Source of the DNA: Mytilus trossulus
Taxonomy: Eukaryota
Length of the DNA stretch: 64,000 nt
Assembly (NCBI RefSeq): GCF_036588685.1
Contig: NC_086385.1
Location: forward strand, 28,233,216 to 28,297,215
Direction of reading: 5' to 3'
A program made the translations under genes and the position numbers. Every line of letters starts with the position of its first letter. Position 1 is the stretch's first letter. Below the pieces are notes generated by a model. It saw only the letters and a list, made by a program, of their open reading frames with translations, ran no database searches and was not told where the DNA came from. Positions 25,311 through 39,585 of this stretch are shown here, piece by piece.

Positions 25311-26618
25311 TTAATGCAAAATGTAAACCACATTAAAATAAATGTAAGCAGATAAAAAAGAATCAATGAAAAATAAGTGCCAAATATGCCACAAAACGCA
25401 AGTTTTTACAATTAGATAATTTGACAAAGACACAAGCGTGACAAGAATGTCACACATTGCATAGGCGGATCCAAGGGAGGGCCCTGGAGGGCCCGCACCC
25501 CCCCCCCCCCCCCCTTTCGTGGGAAAAATTTGGTTGATTATATAGGGAATCACTGACTATGTCTGATCTATCGCTATTGTTAGTGATTTGTAGTTGTCTC
25601 CGTATTTTGTGGATTTACTTTCTCGAACATGGTACCGTATTCATAATTGGTATTGCTCATCTTTTCTGAGAACAGATTTCGTCCTGTTTGTCATCTTATT
25701 TTTTAGGAAATGGGTATGTTTCTGATTCTGTTTTTATCATTTTGCATGATGCCACATTATTTCCTTATTTCTACGACAAAATCAATTTAAATAAAACTCA
25801 GATGAATGACACAAGTGGTGGCAAGTGTTGCGTCCAAAGAGGGCGGGTAGTGTAATCCAACTACGATATATTTATTAATGTAACTAATTGTGGTGAAACA
25901 TCACTCCCCTGAAACTTGAAAAGGGGAAACCGAAGATCTAGTGAAAGGTAAATCCAGACACCAAAAAAAAGACCAAGCGAACTAGAACAGCACAGACTGA
26001 CAGTTGACACACAAACGACGAAATATGAACAAATAAAATATTATACCCAGACACGTAAAACGAAAGATGGTCGAAGGTAAGGGCTGTCTGAATAATGGTT
26101 GTCGGAATAATGGGATGTCACCGAAATTCACACTTGAGAAAACACTTCTTCATTCTGAAAAAAAAATTAATAAAATTTCAACAACAATTCATTTATTAGT
26201 ATCCCACCTTACCAAACTTGTCGATTTAACAAAATAGATAGCAGGATTCCCGTGTAATCTTTTATGTAATTTGACACGTGTCAAACGGTTCATTTATTTT
26301 CCGCACATCAAAGAAAAACAGGCACGTGTCTAAATAATGTTGAATATCTCGTTTATTTATGATTATTTTTCTATAAAATTTGAAATTTATGCATTAAATA
26401 TCCATTTCTACTATAATATGCAAAGAAATTACATTTAACAGCAGCCCATCTAGTCCTAAGTGGCAAGTTATCAGTCCTTAGCCGTGTTTAGACGGACCCC
26501 TAGTTAACAACGTACATGTACTATTGTGAATTATTTTTTTCGGATAATAATCTTTTAGACATACATTGAAAACGGTGTCATTGAAAGGCAACCATGAACA
26601 GATGCGTTATGTTTAAAT

Positions 26619-27141
26619 GGTAAATGGACAGAAAGTCACAGGACAAAAAGTCACAGGACATAAAGGCACAAATTTGATAGGACAAAAATTCACAGGACAA
26701 AAAGTCACAAATATTTTTTTTTGCAATTATTTAAATATCTTAAAATAATTGCTTTTTAATACATATATTGATATTAAAGTTAATGACATTTATCATTTTA
26801 ACTTGAAAAATTAAGATTTATTTAATTCAAATCATATTTCTTGGCACAATTAAGCCAAGCATTTAAGTGCCAATCTTCTTTGACATTTTGTTTTCTTAAC
26901 AATTATTTGATCATCTTTGATATTTTTTAATAAATTTTGCTTACAAAGTTGGTTAATATATATATATATAATATAGAATACTTCCAGAACAATACACAAT
27001 GTTTTTGTAAAAATAAGCATTTTTTATTCAATTTGAAAGAAAATAATCAGAAAATATGAATTGTGACTTTTTGTCCTGTGACTTTTTGTCCGTGACTTTT
27101 TGTCTGTGACTTTTTGTCCTGTGACTTTTAGTCCTACATTC
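26619..27141. mobile_element. MULE-like MITE with 15-bp subterminal repeats
   Basis: Inverted arrays of GGACAAAAAGTCACA at both ends; exact 8-bp TSD GTTTAAAT at 26611-26618 and 27142-27149. Confidence 0.8.
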
Positions 27142-27432
27142 GTTTAAATATACCTTTTCACTTTTTTGGTCTATTGGAAAATGTTGTTTGAGCTGTATTT
27201 AGACCCTTCTACATCGAAATTTGATATACATGCACACGTATAAAAATAGAGGTTTTTATCTAACGCGATCATAGGTTGACATATGCGAAGGGAGGATGTC
27301 ACATGTCTTACGTCTTTTGCATTGTTGTCATGTTTTATTTTGACGCGATCTGTCAAATTCTGTATATTCTGTATTTATACATAACTCTTTATATATATAG
27401 AACGCAACGTGGCATTACCATTGATGATTTAA

Positions 27433-28017
27433 GGAGGCTCGCGGGTATAAGATTTTACGAAAAAAATAAAACATTTTTTTTTTCATTACAAGTTTTATTT
27501 ATTACCTTTAGTAGTTGTTACTTTATCACATGGTACAAAAATCATTCCAAAAAATCAAGTCGTGTTGGCTCCAGGTGACTTTTAAAATGTACACAGCATT
27601 GAAAAAGCTCCAAATTATGATCTCCCTGTAGTGCAAAAATGCCATTTTTTGGTATTAGAATTGAAATATCTTTTTAAACCCATCGGTGGCCTATATGTGT
27701 TATTGTTGTTTTCGAATAAGCTGTACATAAACTAAATAATTGTAAAATTTAAGCGATTTCTTTAATTTAGTTATTTTTTTCTTTTTGATATTACCGCTTT
27801 TTCTCCTATTAGTTCAACAGAAAAAAAGGACAGTCACACTTACAAAAATGTATGTTTCTTTCGAAGGCAGATTGTGAGCGTAAATGAACGGTGACCCCAT
27901 TTTTTTATTTCATTTTTCTATTTAGTATAAGATAAAGTTAATTTATAGAAACATACATGACATATAGAGAAATCCTATATTAAATAAAAAAAAAATGGTT
28001 TAGACCCGCGAGCCCCC
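27433..28017. mobile_element. Kolobok-type MITE
   Basis: TTAA|GGAGGCTCGCGGGT ... ACCCGCGAGCCCCC|TTAA; partial inverted relative at ~35270-35600. Confidence 0.8.
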
Positions 28018-28502
28018 TTAACAATAAAAATGGAGTAAAGAAGCGTTTCCAGGATTTTCATTCGCAAAATGACGAATGATATAAAAATGTAGAGATTGAT
28101 TTGTCTTTGCCTAATGAGCAGTATAAATATTTCATGCATATTTCAGACGAATGTAACTTACAATGAAAGAACACATATGTTTTGCATTTAAATGAACGAT
28201 AGAGTGTTTGGAAATTATTTAATTATGATCATAAGCTGACTATATTGCCAAATTCCAGTCCATTATTAGAATAGTTTATCAAACTTTTAAGACAGATGTA
28301 AATTAAAAGAAATAAATGTTTATAGAGAGAAAAAAATGGTATGCTGAGGAGATTTCAGATATTTACATTTATTTTAATGGATTCATGAAAATTGAATACC
28401 TATTTTGAGTGCTATATTTTTTGTATCTTATGTTTTTTCGAGGAAGGGGAAAAGGTTCATTTGTAAGGGCTAACGTTGACAGATTTGACACCATTTCAGT
28501 AA

Positions 28503-28690
28503 GGGAACGACCATTAAACTCCAGGGGGAGGATATTCCGAATGCAAATTTCCCCCATACCATAAAGTGTTAAATTTTGAAGAAAAAAAATCTGATTGATC
28601 GCGTCGAAAAACTTAACAAATTTGTCCGAAACAATTTTTTTTAAGAACCCAACCCACTATTTTGGTCCTTTAAGTTAAATGGTTGCTCCC
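28503..28690. mobile_element. Small MITE with TWA-like target (Harbinger/Zator-like)
   Basis: TAA|GGGAACGACCATTAAAC ... GTTAAATGGTTGCTCCC|TAG. Confidence 0.55.
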
Positions 28691-29739
28691 TAGAATATAC
28701 TGACGGTTTTGTGCCATTCGTCTCAACTCCGTACCCTCATCCATAGAAGGATAGAAGGGGATTCTACCGAGGATCGCCGAATGGGTTTTGTGCAAATCGC
28801 AATGTGACGTCACGAAATCCGATCCGAGTGACTGAAATTAAAAAAACTAACATATCAATTATTCTAATTTCTGCACCCTGAAACCCAATTTGCCTTAGTC
28901 AAGTGAAGATGTTCACACTCTCTTTGAAGGTTTTCCCGTATGGACATCAAAATTCAAAGTCAACGATAGAGAAAACGGAATAATCCCCGGATAAAAGAGG
29001 CGGGAAGTCATAAAAAAAACAAATATTACAAAAGCGCAAACGTCATATGATTTGAAGCGCAAGTGTCCAAAAAATAAAGCGCCAACGTCCCGCGCCGAAA
29101 CAGATAGCGTGGTGACAATTAAAGCAACTATCTCCCTAAAATTGTGCGTTCATGTTACTACAAAATTAGATATCAAATTAAACACACACACATATAAAAA
29201 AAGAATAGAACAAACAAATTGCAATCAAATTATACTCAGAATCATACAAAAATTAGTATCAAACAAAAGAGAAAGAAAGACACAGAGAAAACATTCGTAA
29301 CATGTCCCGCTGCTTATGTCTATGATCGTCTGTTATCATTTCAAAACGAGAAAGAAAAAAAAATCGGGTATATATATTCATAAGAATTTCCTGTACCTAT
29401 TAAACCTGTATTTCAAATACATATATTTTAAACTCCCTAAAATGCAATAGGCATGTACAGCCAGTGTAAAATAATGTTGTTTGTTATTTTAAAAATATTT
29501 CAGAAATGTCATTGACAGTATTTTTCGTGGTATATCTAAGCTTTAGTATTGTCAAAGCAAATTTATGTAAGTACACTTAAAATATAATAAAATGGTAATA
29601 CATTATAGTTGATTTCTTAATAAGGTTAAACCTCTAAAACGATCAATGTCACGGAAGCCGATATGGGGTCATTCGAAAAAAAAAAGAGGAATGTCGTACA
29701 TACGGAAGCCGAAAAGGGCCATTCAAAAAAATAAAATTA

Positions 29740-29975
29740 TGTCGTAATTACGACATGGCATGTCGTAATTTCGACATAACATGTCGGTATTACGACATCG
29801 ATATGTCGTAATTTCGACATAACATGTCGTTATAACGACATCGATATGTCGTAATTTCGACATAACATGTCGTTATAACGACATCGCTATATCGTAATTT
29901 CGACATAACATGTCGTTATAACGACATCGCTTTGTCGTAATTTCGACATATCATGTCGTTTTAACGACATCGCTA
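29740..29975 (+). repeat. 20/21-bp alternating palindromic array (ATGTCG-N6-CGACAT); also at 48578-48660, 48712-48780 and 51310-51445
   Basis: About 11 units with a 41-bp higher-order period. Confidence 0.9.
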
Positions 29976-30439
29976 TATATAAAAGAATATGTATTATGAT
30001 TGCCAAGAGACTAAATGACACATAAATTAACAACTATAGGTCATCATAATGCCCCTAATAATTAGAAAAGCCCTCACATTATGCTATAAAAGAGGGAGGA
30101 AAGATACCAGAGATAGAGACCCCGAAATGCTGTTATTAATTAATTATTAGCTCCCTTGGTAATACTTCAAATTTCACATTTAATGTATTTCATTGTTAGA
30201 TATTTTACACGAAGCTTAATGAGTATACATTTGTTAATTGCATAGCTTTTGCTATTTGAATTCATTGGTTAGAGATATTTAATTATATTGTAAAGTTTAA
30301 TATTTGCAGCGTCGCAAAATCTTTGGCTACCTTCTTTGGATACCTTCAGTGAGAAACTTATATATTTTATAGAACCCCTCTAATGACCCACGGCACAAAA
30401 TATTTAAATGCTCACCAATCGTCTTCGGGCACCGAGCCG

Positions 30440-30616
30440 ACCGTGCGAGGGCTGAAAAGCCAGTCAAGGTCGTTAAACACTTCCATATATATACTAATGG
30501 TAGTGAAGTACCCGCTATACCAACCGTGCGAGGGCTGTAAAGCCAGTCAAGGTCGTTAAACACTTCCATATAAATATACCCGCTGGGGAAGGGAACGTAT
30601 AACCAGACAAGGTCCA
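30440..30616 (+). repeat. About 83-bp direct repeat inside C1 (two copies plus a partial third)
   Basis: accgtgcgagggctg.aaagccagtcaaggtcgttaaacacttccata occurs twice. Confidence 0.8.
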
Positions 30617-32855
30617 ATTAAATTACTAGGTGTTAAAGAATTAATATTTGGAAGTATCAATCCTACCAAAGCAAGCCAAGCTTTCCGTCTCCCTAAATAT
30701 AAGCGCAAACTACATGGTTTCTTGAAATAAGGGTCAAGTGAAGTATTGATTGCTCTATTTCTACTTTCAAACGTTGGGCACGATGTTTCTACAACCCCTC
30801 GGATTTAAAACAGAATCTTCAAAATGCTAAAAAAACACGGATCAATTTTAAAACAAATTCAATGTATGTTTTGAATTATGTTTTTACAGCTCTTGATCAT
30901 ATACTAAGTAATCTAGTATGTTTGAGGATTGAAATAAGAAATCTATGTGAAAAAAAACGGATATCCAACGTTACATTTATGAAAAACTGTTTTAACCTTT
31001 ATGTATAGTGATCCTATTTCTTATTCTCTGATCTTATTGATTCTTGGCAGGAACAACGACATGTGTCGGTTCTTTTTGGTGTTTAAGCCGTTATTTTGCC
31101 AAATTTCATTTGACTAGGTGGCTGCATATTAATTAAGCTGGAATAAGAAAAATGTCCAACGACGTTTTTCGTTAACTCAACGTCTGAAAGTGAATTTTAT
31201 TAGTAGATATAGCAGATTGATTGATTGTTGGTTGCTTTACGCCGGATCTAGCAGAAAATGAATAAAAAGAGCAAGACAATAATGAAAAAACGTCGAAAAT
31301 CCTAAAGACGCTAATTTCCGACGTAACATGTGCTGAAGTTTCAATTAAATGTTCATGATAATTAAAACAAATCGTGTTATGAATTTTGGAAAAAGGGTTG
31401 ATGATTACTGACGAAAAAAAGAATAGTGCATGTTGCTAAAGTATCCGCCCGGGGACATACTAGGTTCGACACAGGTTAAATTTTGCAATTTTTATTAATC
31501 GTTTATAGCTTTTAACGATTTATTTAAAAGACTTGAGAAATGGGGAAAATCCCATTACATGAACTTCGTCCAACTTTTGCAAAGACAAATTGGAGACACC
31601 AAGACAGTTCTCTAATTGTAAAATGCGAATTTAAATTTATGTTACGGAAGTACTCCGAAATGGATAATTTAAAGTCGTCACTTCAGCTGTAAGGTGCAAT
31701 CACCAATATCAAAAGCAATATCAAAAGACTTAATACCAGTTCACGAAATGTTTTACTTCGCCATTTGTCCTGCTATTCATGTTATAACTGTCGTGATGAA
31801 AGTAATTCCTGTACTAGCAAAGCCGGAACTTTTCGTCGATATAAATTTGTGCATGAAAAGGAGGTAATTGAAAGACGAATCGAATCTCAAACAGCGACGA
31901 AAACCGTTTTATCGAATTAATACAAAAAAAAACGGAATTATAATTGCCTTTTTCGCGGACGATCCAGGAGTAGATTACTATATTTTATAATGTATATCAG
32001 AACCTGAGATCAGAACACTATAGATGACTTGGGGAAATAATTCTCAAGCCAAGGTTCAAGTAATTAAAGGGATGTATTTCGACAACTTATGCGCCAGGGA
32101 AAATACAATTCTATTCAAATTTAACCAGAGTGTCAGATATATTTGTATTGGGGTTGAATAAAGATAAAGAAATTTTACAAAGACAGATGATATGCAGCTT
32201 GAAAGTTAAAATTCCTATGATAATTTTTTTTATTAAAAAACCGTATACAAGTACTTCCGTCTCATCTTTGCTTCCTACATTACTTGGTACAGTACTGCAT
32301 TTTTAGTTGAAATAACTTAAAAGGTTAAGCATTATTAAATCGATTTCCACAACTCCTGGTAATGATAAAATGACATCACAAAACGAACGGAACTAGAATC
32401 AATCAACAATATAAAAAAACGAATAAACTAATTTAAAAGGAGAATGCTTGGATTTGCAATATCAGTCCTCATATATAATTCCACATATTCTGCCAACAAA
32501 CAGAAGTTTATATCAATCTTGTCCGGCGGTACAGCTTTTATGTTATATCTTTATTCTTACTCTTCCACGGCCGTTAACTTAGATGTTATCTATAAGAAAT
32601 ACTAGTTTCTCACTGAAGGTAATACGTATTAAAAAAGTTAACCATTGATTTAGCGACGATACAATTACAGTTCATTCACGGCCTGTAACTGATCAAAATT
32701 GTTGGGATCTATAAAATATATAACTTTCTCACTGAAGGTATCCAAAGAAGGTAACCAAAGATTTTGCGACGATGCAAATATTAAACTTTACAATATAAAT
32801 AAAAATCTTTAATCAATGAATTCAAATAGCAAAAGCTATGCAATTAACAAATATA

Positions 32856-33553
32856 TCTATAATACTAAAATTACGAGGTCCAATTTTGTCAGCCGTCATC
32901 ACGTAAAAACGACGAATCACAGAATTCAACTTCATATATAACTAATATAATACAAAGGTGTATATTAAAAATTACACCACTCCAGGCCCTTTTGTTTTGC
33001 CAATAATTAAGAAGTTCCGGGTCGAGTCCGATACCGATACCAATAGTATATTCACCTGTTACCTATTACCTTATCTGTACGTTCCACATCTGACAGGCGC
33101 ACCACCAAACGGTGTATTCTGGATTAATATGCTATATACACGGGTCATAATCACAGGGTTGACACTACTACATTGTCAAATTGTTACCTATTGTAGTATT
33201 TTAATCAGTAAGACTTTCTAAGATAACAATACGAATACTAAAAATCTGGACTAAAAATAAGGCGTATAGGTACAGTTTTCAATTTGTTAGTGGGCATGAC
33301 GTAAAACAGGGAATCAAAGAATTCAACTTTATTTATAACTAATAAAGGACATTCCAGGACCTATTGTTTTCCAAATAATAAATATTACCAATAATTGATA
33401 AGTTCCGGTTCGACGGGTTCAAACAGAAAGATTTGAAAGCAGAGAAAACTGTGTTGTATCTTATAATCGGCATGACTTTACTAAAATAAGGCTTGCGCAA
33501 AGTTATATACTTTAATTCAGTCACGGATCCGTGCGACCACGGGTGTGTTCTAG
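32856..33553 (+). mobile_element. Non-autonomous Helitron
   Basis: A|TCTATAATACTAAAA ... CCGTG-CGAC-CACGG hairpin ... CTAG|T; no TSD; absent from the mirrored left arm of C1. Confidence 0.9.
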
Positions 33554-33974
33554 TATTTACTATTATTATAAGCTTCGTGTAAATTATTAAGCAATGAAAA
33601 ACATGACATTTGGAGTTTTACCAAGGGAGCTAAAAAATAATTAATAACACTGTCTGCCACACAGCATTTCGGGGACTCTTCCTCTGGTATTTTTCCTCGC
33701 TCTATTATAGCTGACTATGCGGGGGCTTTTCTAATTATTGGGGGCACTATAATGACCTATAGTTGTTAATTGTTGTGTCATTTAGTCTCTTGGCAATCAT
33801 AAACTCTGGACACTTTTAATTTGCAAAACACTCATTTGCAAATCCGCCGCCGCCTCAAACAAGAGCTACAATATCATGTATATAACCAAAATGTGCGGAA
33901 TTACATGGGATTCAATAATTTCATTGATTTTATACTGTTACTTTCATATTTATTTTGCAATTTGAATTATAAAA

Positions 33975-34162
33975 ACATGGGATTTTCAATATCCCATGGG
34001 ACAGGGCAAAATCCCATGGGATTTACCATTATCCCATGGGATTTTGGTTAAATCCCATGGGATTTTTTTTGGTCCCATGGGACAAAAAAAATCCCATGGG
34101 ATTTTTATTATCCCATGGGATTTTTAATATCCCATGGGACAACATAAAATCCTATGGGATTA
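33975..34162. repeat. About 20-bp array of the palindrome ATCCCATGGGAT (mirror copy at 48150-48378)
   Basis: About 10 units left and about 12 units right. Confidence 0.9.
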
Positions 34163-36360
34163 AAATTATAAATATATATATATAAATATAAAGTTATGTG
34201 TATGTTACAATGAATGCTGTTTGGTCATGTTGGTAGTAAAATGTTTTAAATGTATACGAGTTTTTTTTATAATTTTTATATATATATACATATATATAAT
34301 TTTTTTGTAAATTTTGTCACAAACATGTTTTTTATTTGTTTATATGACAATAAATATTATTCTTATTTTGGAATGTATAATAATAATATTTTACAGTCAA
34401 AGAATAAAGTTCTTTCACTGAAACAAAATGATGAAATTTCTAAATAAATGAAAAAATATTGTTTTGAAATCTTTGTCTTGTTTATTCTAATATGAAAAAT
34501 AGAACTGAAAAAATATTTCATATTCTGACTGAATAGTTCACTCTTTTCATGAGGTAAGATTTTCTTTGTTATAGGTTCATTGCAATACTTGTATAGGCAA
34601 ACAATTTGAATTATATATACCTTTGTGGTGTACATAAAAGTATGCTTATATTTGCAAATTTATAATATAAACACTTTTTGTTAAAGTTTTTGCTTTCTTT
34701 ATTCACAACTTGCTATATACAATTATTCAGTCCACTATATATGAGTGAAGTCAATAAATAATTTCATTCACTAGAATATTCCTGCAATTCTTAGACAAAA
34801 TATTTTTTCAATCTGTTCTTCAAAGATCTTCCTCTGTACATCTTTATTGAATGGAGAGATTCAAATGAGAAGACAAAGCAAGTTTATTTGGACAACAACA
34901 TTCTAATATCTTGTTCATTCATTCCATCTTTCAATTGATAATTACATTGTTGTATTTATATGATCAAGTTCTTGTGCATCAATGATCGTGATGATATGAC
35001 TCATTTTTGTTTATAGTCATCATGTTGAAATTTCCTCTTTCAAATAAATGTAGGAAAAAACATGTTCCATTTCAAATTAATAAAAAAGTCGCACCATGGA
35101 GAAAAATATCAGCTTTAAGTTTTCCGTTCAGTATTGATCTGTGAATGATGACCATGAAAATTGAGATGTCTGACCTACAAATACACAAACTCAAAAATTA
35201 TCAGTGAAGAGATCAATAAAATGGCTATTTTATCATGTTTATGATTAATATGATAAACTTTCATTTAAATATTCAAGTACTAAATTACAGAAATCACTAA
35301 AATTTTATAATAGTTTAGTTAAAGTACAGCTTATTTAAAATTATAATAAAAAATATAGGCCACCGATGAGTTAAATAAGATATTATATTTCTAATGCCAA
35401 AAAAATGGCATTTTTGCACTAAAGGGAGATAATTTGGAGCTTTTTCAATGATACATATGCATTTCAAAAGTCATCTGGGGCCAAACCCAATTGATTGTTT
35501 TGAATGATTTGGTGTACCATATGATAAAGTTATAAATAAAATGAGTAATGAAAAAAAATTATTAAACATTTTTCTGAAATTGTTATACCCTAGAGCCTCC
35601 TTAAATGTCATTTGATCTCTATTGGAGAAATGTCTCATTGGAAATCAGACTGCTAAGTGTTTCTTATTTTTATATCAACCCAGCCATATTATACCTGTCT
35701 TATATCAGGAGCTTGTACATAGTTCAGTGGTTGATGTTGGTTCATATCCGTCATTTTTTTTTTTCATAATTTTTTGTTTTTGTAAATTAGTCTGGTATAT
35801 TTGACGTTTGAATTGATGCTCTGTTTCAAATTTGGTTAGTGTTGACTTTTATAGATTACTATAACATGTATAGGGTATGGGTTTTCTCATTACTTACAGG
35901 TCATCAATGGCCTCTAATAAGTAATTACAATTCTTACATCCACTAAATTGAACTCTGATGGATAGTTTTCTCTTTCATGATACCACATCTTATTTTAATA
36001 AATATTTAATCATTATTCAAGGACAAAAACTTTTATAACTGTGGACTTACCATTTAGGCTTTGTTGACCTCTGTAAATCTTATTTTGTTGATAATTTCTT
36101 CTGTTTATAGTTTCCCCTTTATCTTTCATGTTCTTGTCCTACACATAAAAGGGTAAACATCATTTAATGACAAAAATAACTACTACATGTATTACATAAT
36201 TAGTAGGCAACTGAAAATGTTGTCTTATTTGTATATATAACATCAACTTACTCATTATTCATGCCGTTCAATATCATGAATATTATCATTATTCTATGAA
36301 TATGAGGTCACAGTAAAATTAACCTTGGCAGGCAGACAGACAAGTAGACCTATGCTTAAA

Positions 36361-36525
36361 AAATCTAAGGCCCAAATTAAAAATATGTTTGTTTCCCCTC
36401 CCCCCACACGGGTCAAAAATAAGCGCCCGAGTCAAAAAATTAAAAATCTAAGGCCCAAATTAAAAATATGTTTGTTTCCCCTCCCCCCACACGGGTCAAA
36501 AATAAGCGCCCGAGTCAAAAAATTA
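36361..36525 (+). repeat. 83-bp tandem duplication
   Basis: aaatctaaggcccaaattaaaaatatgtttgtttcccctc...cgagtcaaaaaatta twice, apparently identical. Confidence 0.9.
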
Positions 36526-36723
36526 TTTTCCACAATAAATGGAAATTATTTTTTTCCTGAAAATAATTTGTTTCCATTTTTGGAAAGTGCTTGGAAGCAG
36601 AAGGATTGATAATCTGAATAAATACACTCAAATTGAGCACAAACAACTGATAAGTGGCCTGGACTGGACAAGTCAAACCATTCATGTGACCATGCTATGA
36701 CAATCACATCCATTTAAAAAAAA

Positions 36724-37862
36724 CTAGAGGCTCTCAAGAGCCTGTGTCGCTCACCTGTTAATGTGTTTACTGATGTCTTATCCATCTTCGTTGGTAGGCG
36801 GGGTCATTAGACACTTTTTTTTAAAATAGATACCCTAGTATTATGATGGTGGCCAAGTTTGGTTAAATTTGGCCAAGTAGTTTTAGAAATGATTTTATAC
36901 AAGTTACAAAAATGACGAAAAGTTGTTCAATATTGACTATAAAGGGCAATAACTCCTTAAGGGGTCCTCTAACAATTTTGATCATGCTGACTTATTTGTA
37001 GATCTTACTTTGCTGAACATTATTGCTGTCTACAGTTTATCTCTATCTATAATAGTATTCAAGATAATAACCAAAAACTGCAAAATTACCTTAAAATCAC
37101 CAATTTTAGGGCAGCAACCCAACAACAGGTTGTCCAATTCATTTGTGAGGGGATAGATCTTATTCTGATGGACATTTAAATCTTGAAAGATTTGCCCTAA
37201 ATGTCTTAGTTGCAAAGATATAAAGCAAAACCTGCATGTTACCACTATGTCCTAATTTTAGCCATTTCAGCCATTTTGTTTGGTAGGCTGGGTCATCGGA
37301 CACATTTTTTAAACTACAAACCACAATGATGATTGTGGCCAAGTTTGGTTAAATTTGGCAAAGTAGTTTCAGTGAGGAATATTTTTAAAAAAGTTACAAA
37401 AAATGATGAAAAGTTGTTAAAAATTGACTATAAAGTGCAATAATTCCTTAAGGGGTCGACTGACAATTTTGGTCATGTTGACTTATTTGTAGGTCTTACT
37501 TTGCTGAACATTATTGCTTTTACAGTTTATCTCTATCTATAATAGTATTCAAGACAATAACCAAAAACTGCAAAATTTTCTTAAAATAACCATTTCACAG
37601 GCAGCAACCCATCAACAGGTTGTCCGATTCGTCTGAAAATTTCAGGGCAGATAGATCTTGACCTGATCAACAATTTAACCCCCAGTCAGATTTGCTCTAA
37701 ATGCTTTGGTTTTTGAGTTATAAGCCAAAAACTGCATTTTACCCCTATGTTCTATTTTTAGCCATGGCGGCCATCTTGGTTGGTTGGCCGGGTCACGCCA
37801 CACATTTTTTAAACTAGATACCCCAAGGATGATTGTGGCCAAGTTTGGTAGAATTTGGTCCA
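36724..37862 (+). mobile_element. 3'-truncated HINE (Helentron-associated) element with about 490-bp core repeats
   Basis: Same head as 49810 (ctagaggctct..agagcctgtgtcgctcacc); ggccaagtttgg recurs at ~36851, 37337 and 37837. Confidence 0.8.
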
Positions 37863-38329
37863 AAGAACAATAAAATGCGGTCATGGTTTATATATATGAA
37901 TCCACACCTTACAATTGTTTCATATCTACCAAATATAATCTACCTGTAACTTTAAACATATGATAAACTGACAAAACAATGCAGTGTTTCATTGACCAAT
38001 GAACCATGAAAATGAGGTCAAGTTCATATAAAATATGACAGACAGCTAAGTGCATCTTACAATTATTTCATTCACTAAATAAAGGGGCCTTATTGCTTAC
38101 AGTATCCGGAAAATAGACCAAACCACAAAAACTAAATATTTTCAAAGTTCCTTATACCCTGCCAATTTGTTATGGTTGTGCCTGTTCCAAGTCAGGATCC
38201 GATAATTCAGTGATTGTCGTTTGTTTATGTGTAACATATCTGTTTTTCAATTTTTTTGTACATAAATTAGGTTGTTAGTTTTCAACTTTCAACTTGGCTA
38301 TCATGTGTCAAATCATACAAGTTTTGGGA

Positions 38330-38542
38330 AAACAGGAAGTTGTCGAGTGATGAATCTGAAAATGCATCACACGGTATAGCTGACTTATTTAACCCTGAAA
38401 CCAAATTTCAGAAATCCTTCTATTGTAGTTCCTAAGGAAAATGTGACGAAAAATATTCATCGGACGGACTGACTGACGCAAGGATGGATGGACAGACAGG
38501 GGTAAAACAGTATACCCCCCCTTTTTTAAAGTGGGGGCATAA
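38330..38542 (+). mobile_element. Short HINE-like element end
   Basis: (GGAC/GGAT)n microsatellite followed by a terminal hairpin ataccccc..ggggcat. Confidence 0.55.
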
Positions 38543-38810
38543 TTTTAATATGGGGCTATAAAAACCCATGCAAGATGTCAAAACAGAAAGAAGTAACCTA
38601 ATTCTTACTTGTTAGGGGCTTTTTATTTATTGTCGGTTATACATATAACAATACAACATATTAAAGGTCTGTCATGTCTGTAGAGCTTTTATCCGACATA
38701 CATATATATGACAAGCACAATACATTTGTACATGAAACATAAAGCTCATCACTGAGATAGTAGTCTCAGATAGAGGGAGGCGGGCTCAACCAAACTCCCC
38801 TATTCAATCT

Positions 38811-39585
38811 GAATGCAGGACAGAAAGTCAGTCAAAAAGTCACACACTGTCCCAGGACAAAAAGTAACATTTTAGTTTTGAGATTATTTTTCTTTGAACA
38901 AAAAAACACTCTTTTTGTATTTTTCTTGAAATTTTATATATACATGAACATGATGTAGCAACTTTAAATTAAAATTTATTAAAAACAAATAAATCAGTGC
39001 ATAAGGTTTGCGCACATTACCATTACATTTGCGCAAAAAAATCACTACGTTTAAGTGCAGCTTTTGATCATGTTGATTACATTTGCACGCATTTTTTAAC
39101 ATATAAATATAAAAAAAAAGATATAGTATGATTGCCTTTTACAGCTGACTATGCGGTATGGGCTTTACCTCGGGCTTTGCTCATTGTTGAAGGCTGTATG
39201 GTGACCTATGGTTGTTAATGTCTGTGTCATTTTGGTCTCTTGTGGACAGTTGTCTCATTGGCAATCATACCATATCTTCTTTATATTGGCTTATGGTTGA
39301 AGGCCGTAAAGACCTCTAGTTGTTAATGTCTGTGTCATTTTGGTCTCTTGTGGACAGTTGTCTAATTGGCAATTATACCACATCTTTTTTATATTATGAA
39401 CAATTTCCTAAAATTAAAAATGAATATATGTAATAAAAAGAAGATATTTCAAAATATTTTTTCATTTATATTCAATCAATTGTCAACAAATTGTTTGTGA
39501 CTTTTTGTCCTATCAACTTTGTTACTTTATGCCTGAGTTTGACATGTGTTTGACTTTTTGTCCAGTGACTTTCTGTTCGTTTACC
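38811..39585. mobile_element. Second copy of the MULE-like MITE, opposite orientation, with an internal insertion
   Basis: GAATGCAGGACAG ... GTTCGTTTACC; TSD TTCAATCT/TTCCATCT (7/8). Confidence 0.7.

Noticed and set aside
16170-34162. Palindromic 20-21 bp arrays as CRISPR arrays
   Set aside because: Units are directly adjacent with no unique spacers, there are no cas genes, and the context is eukaryotic.
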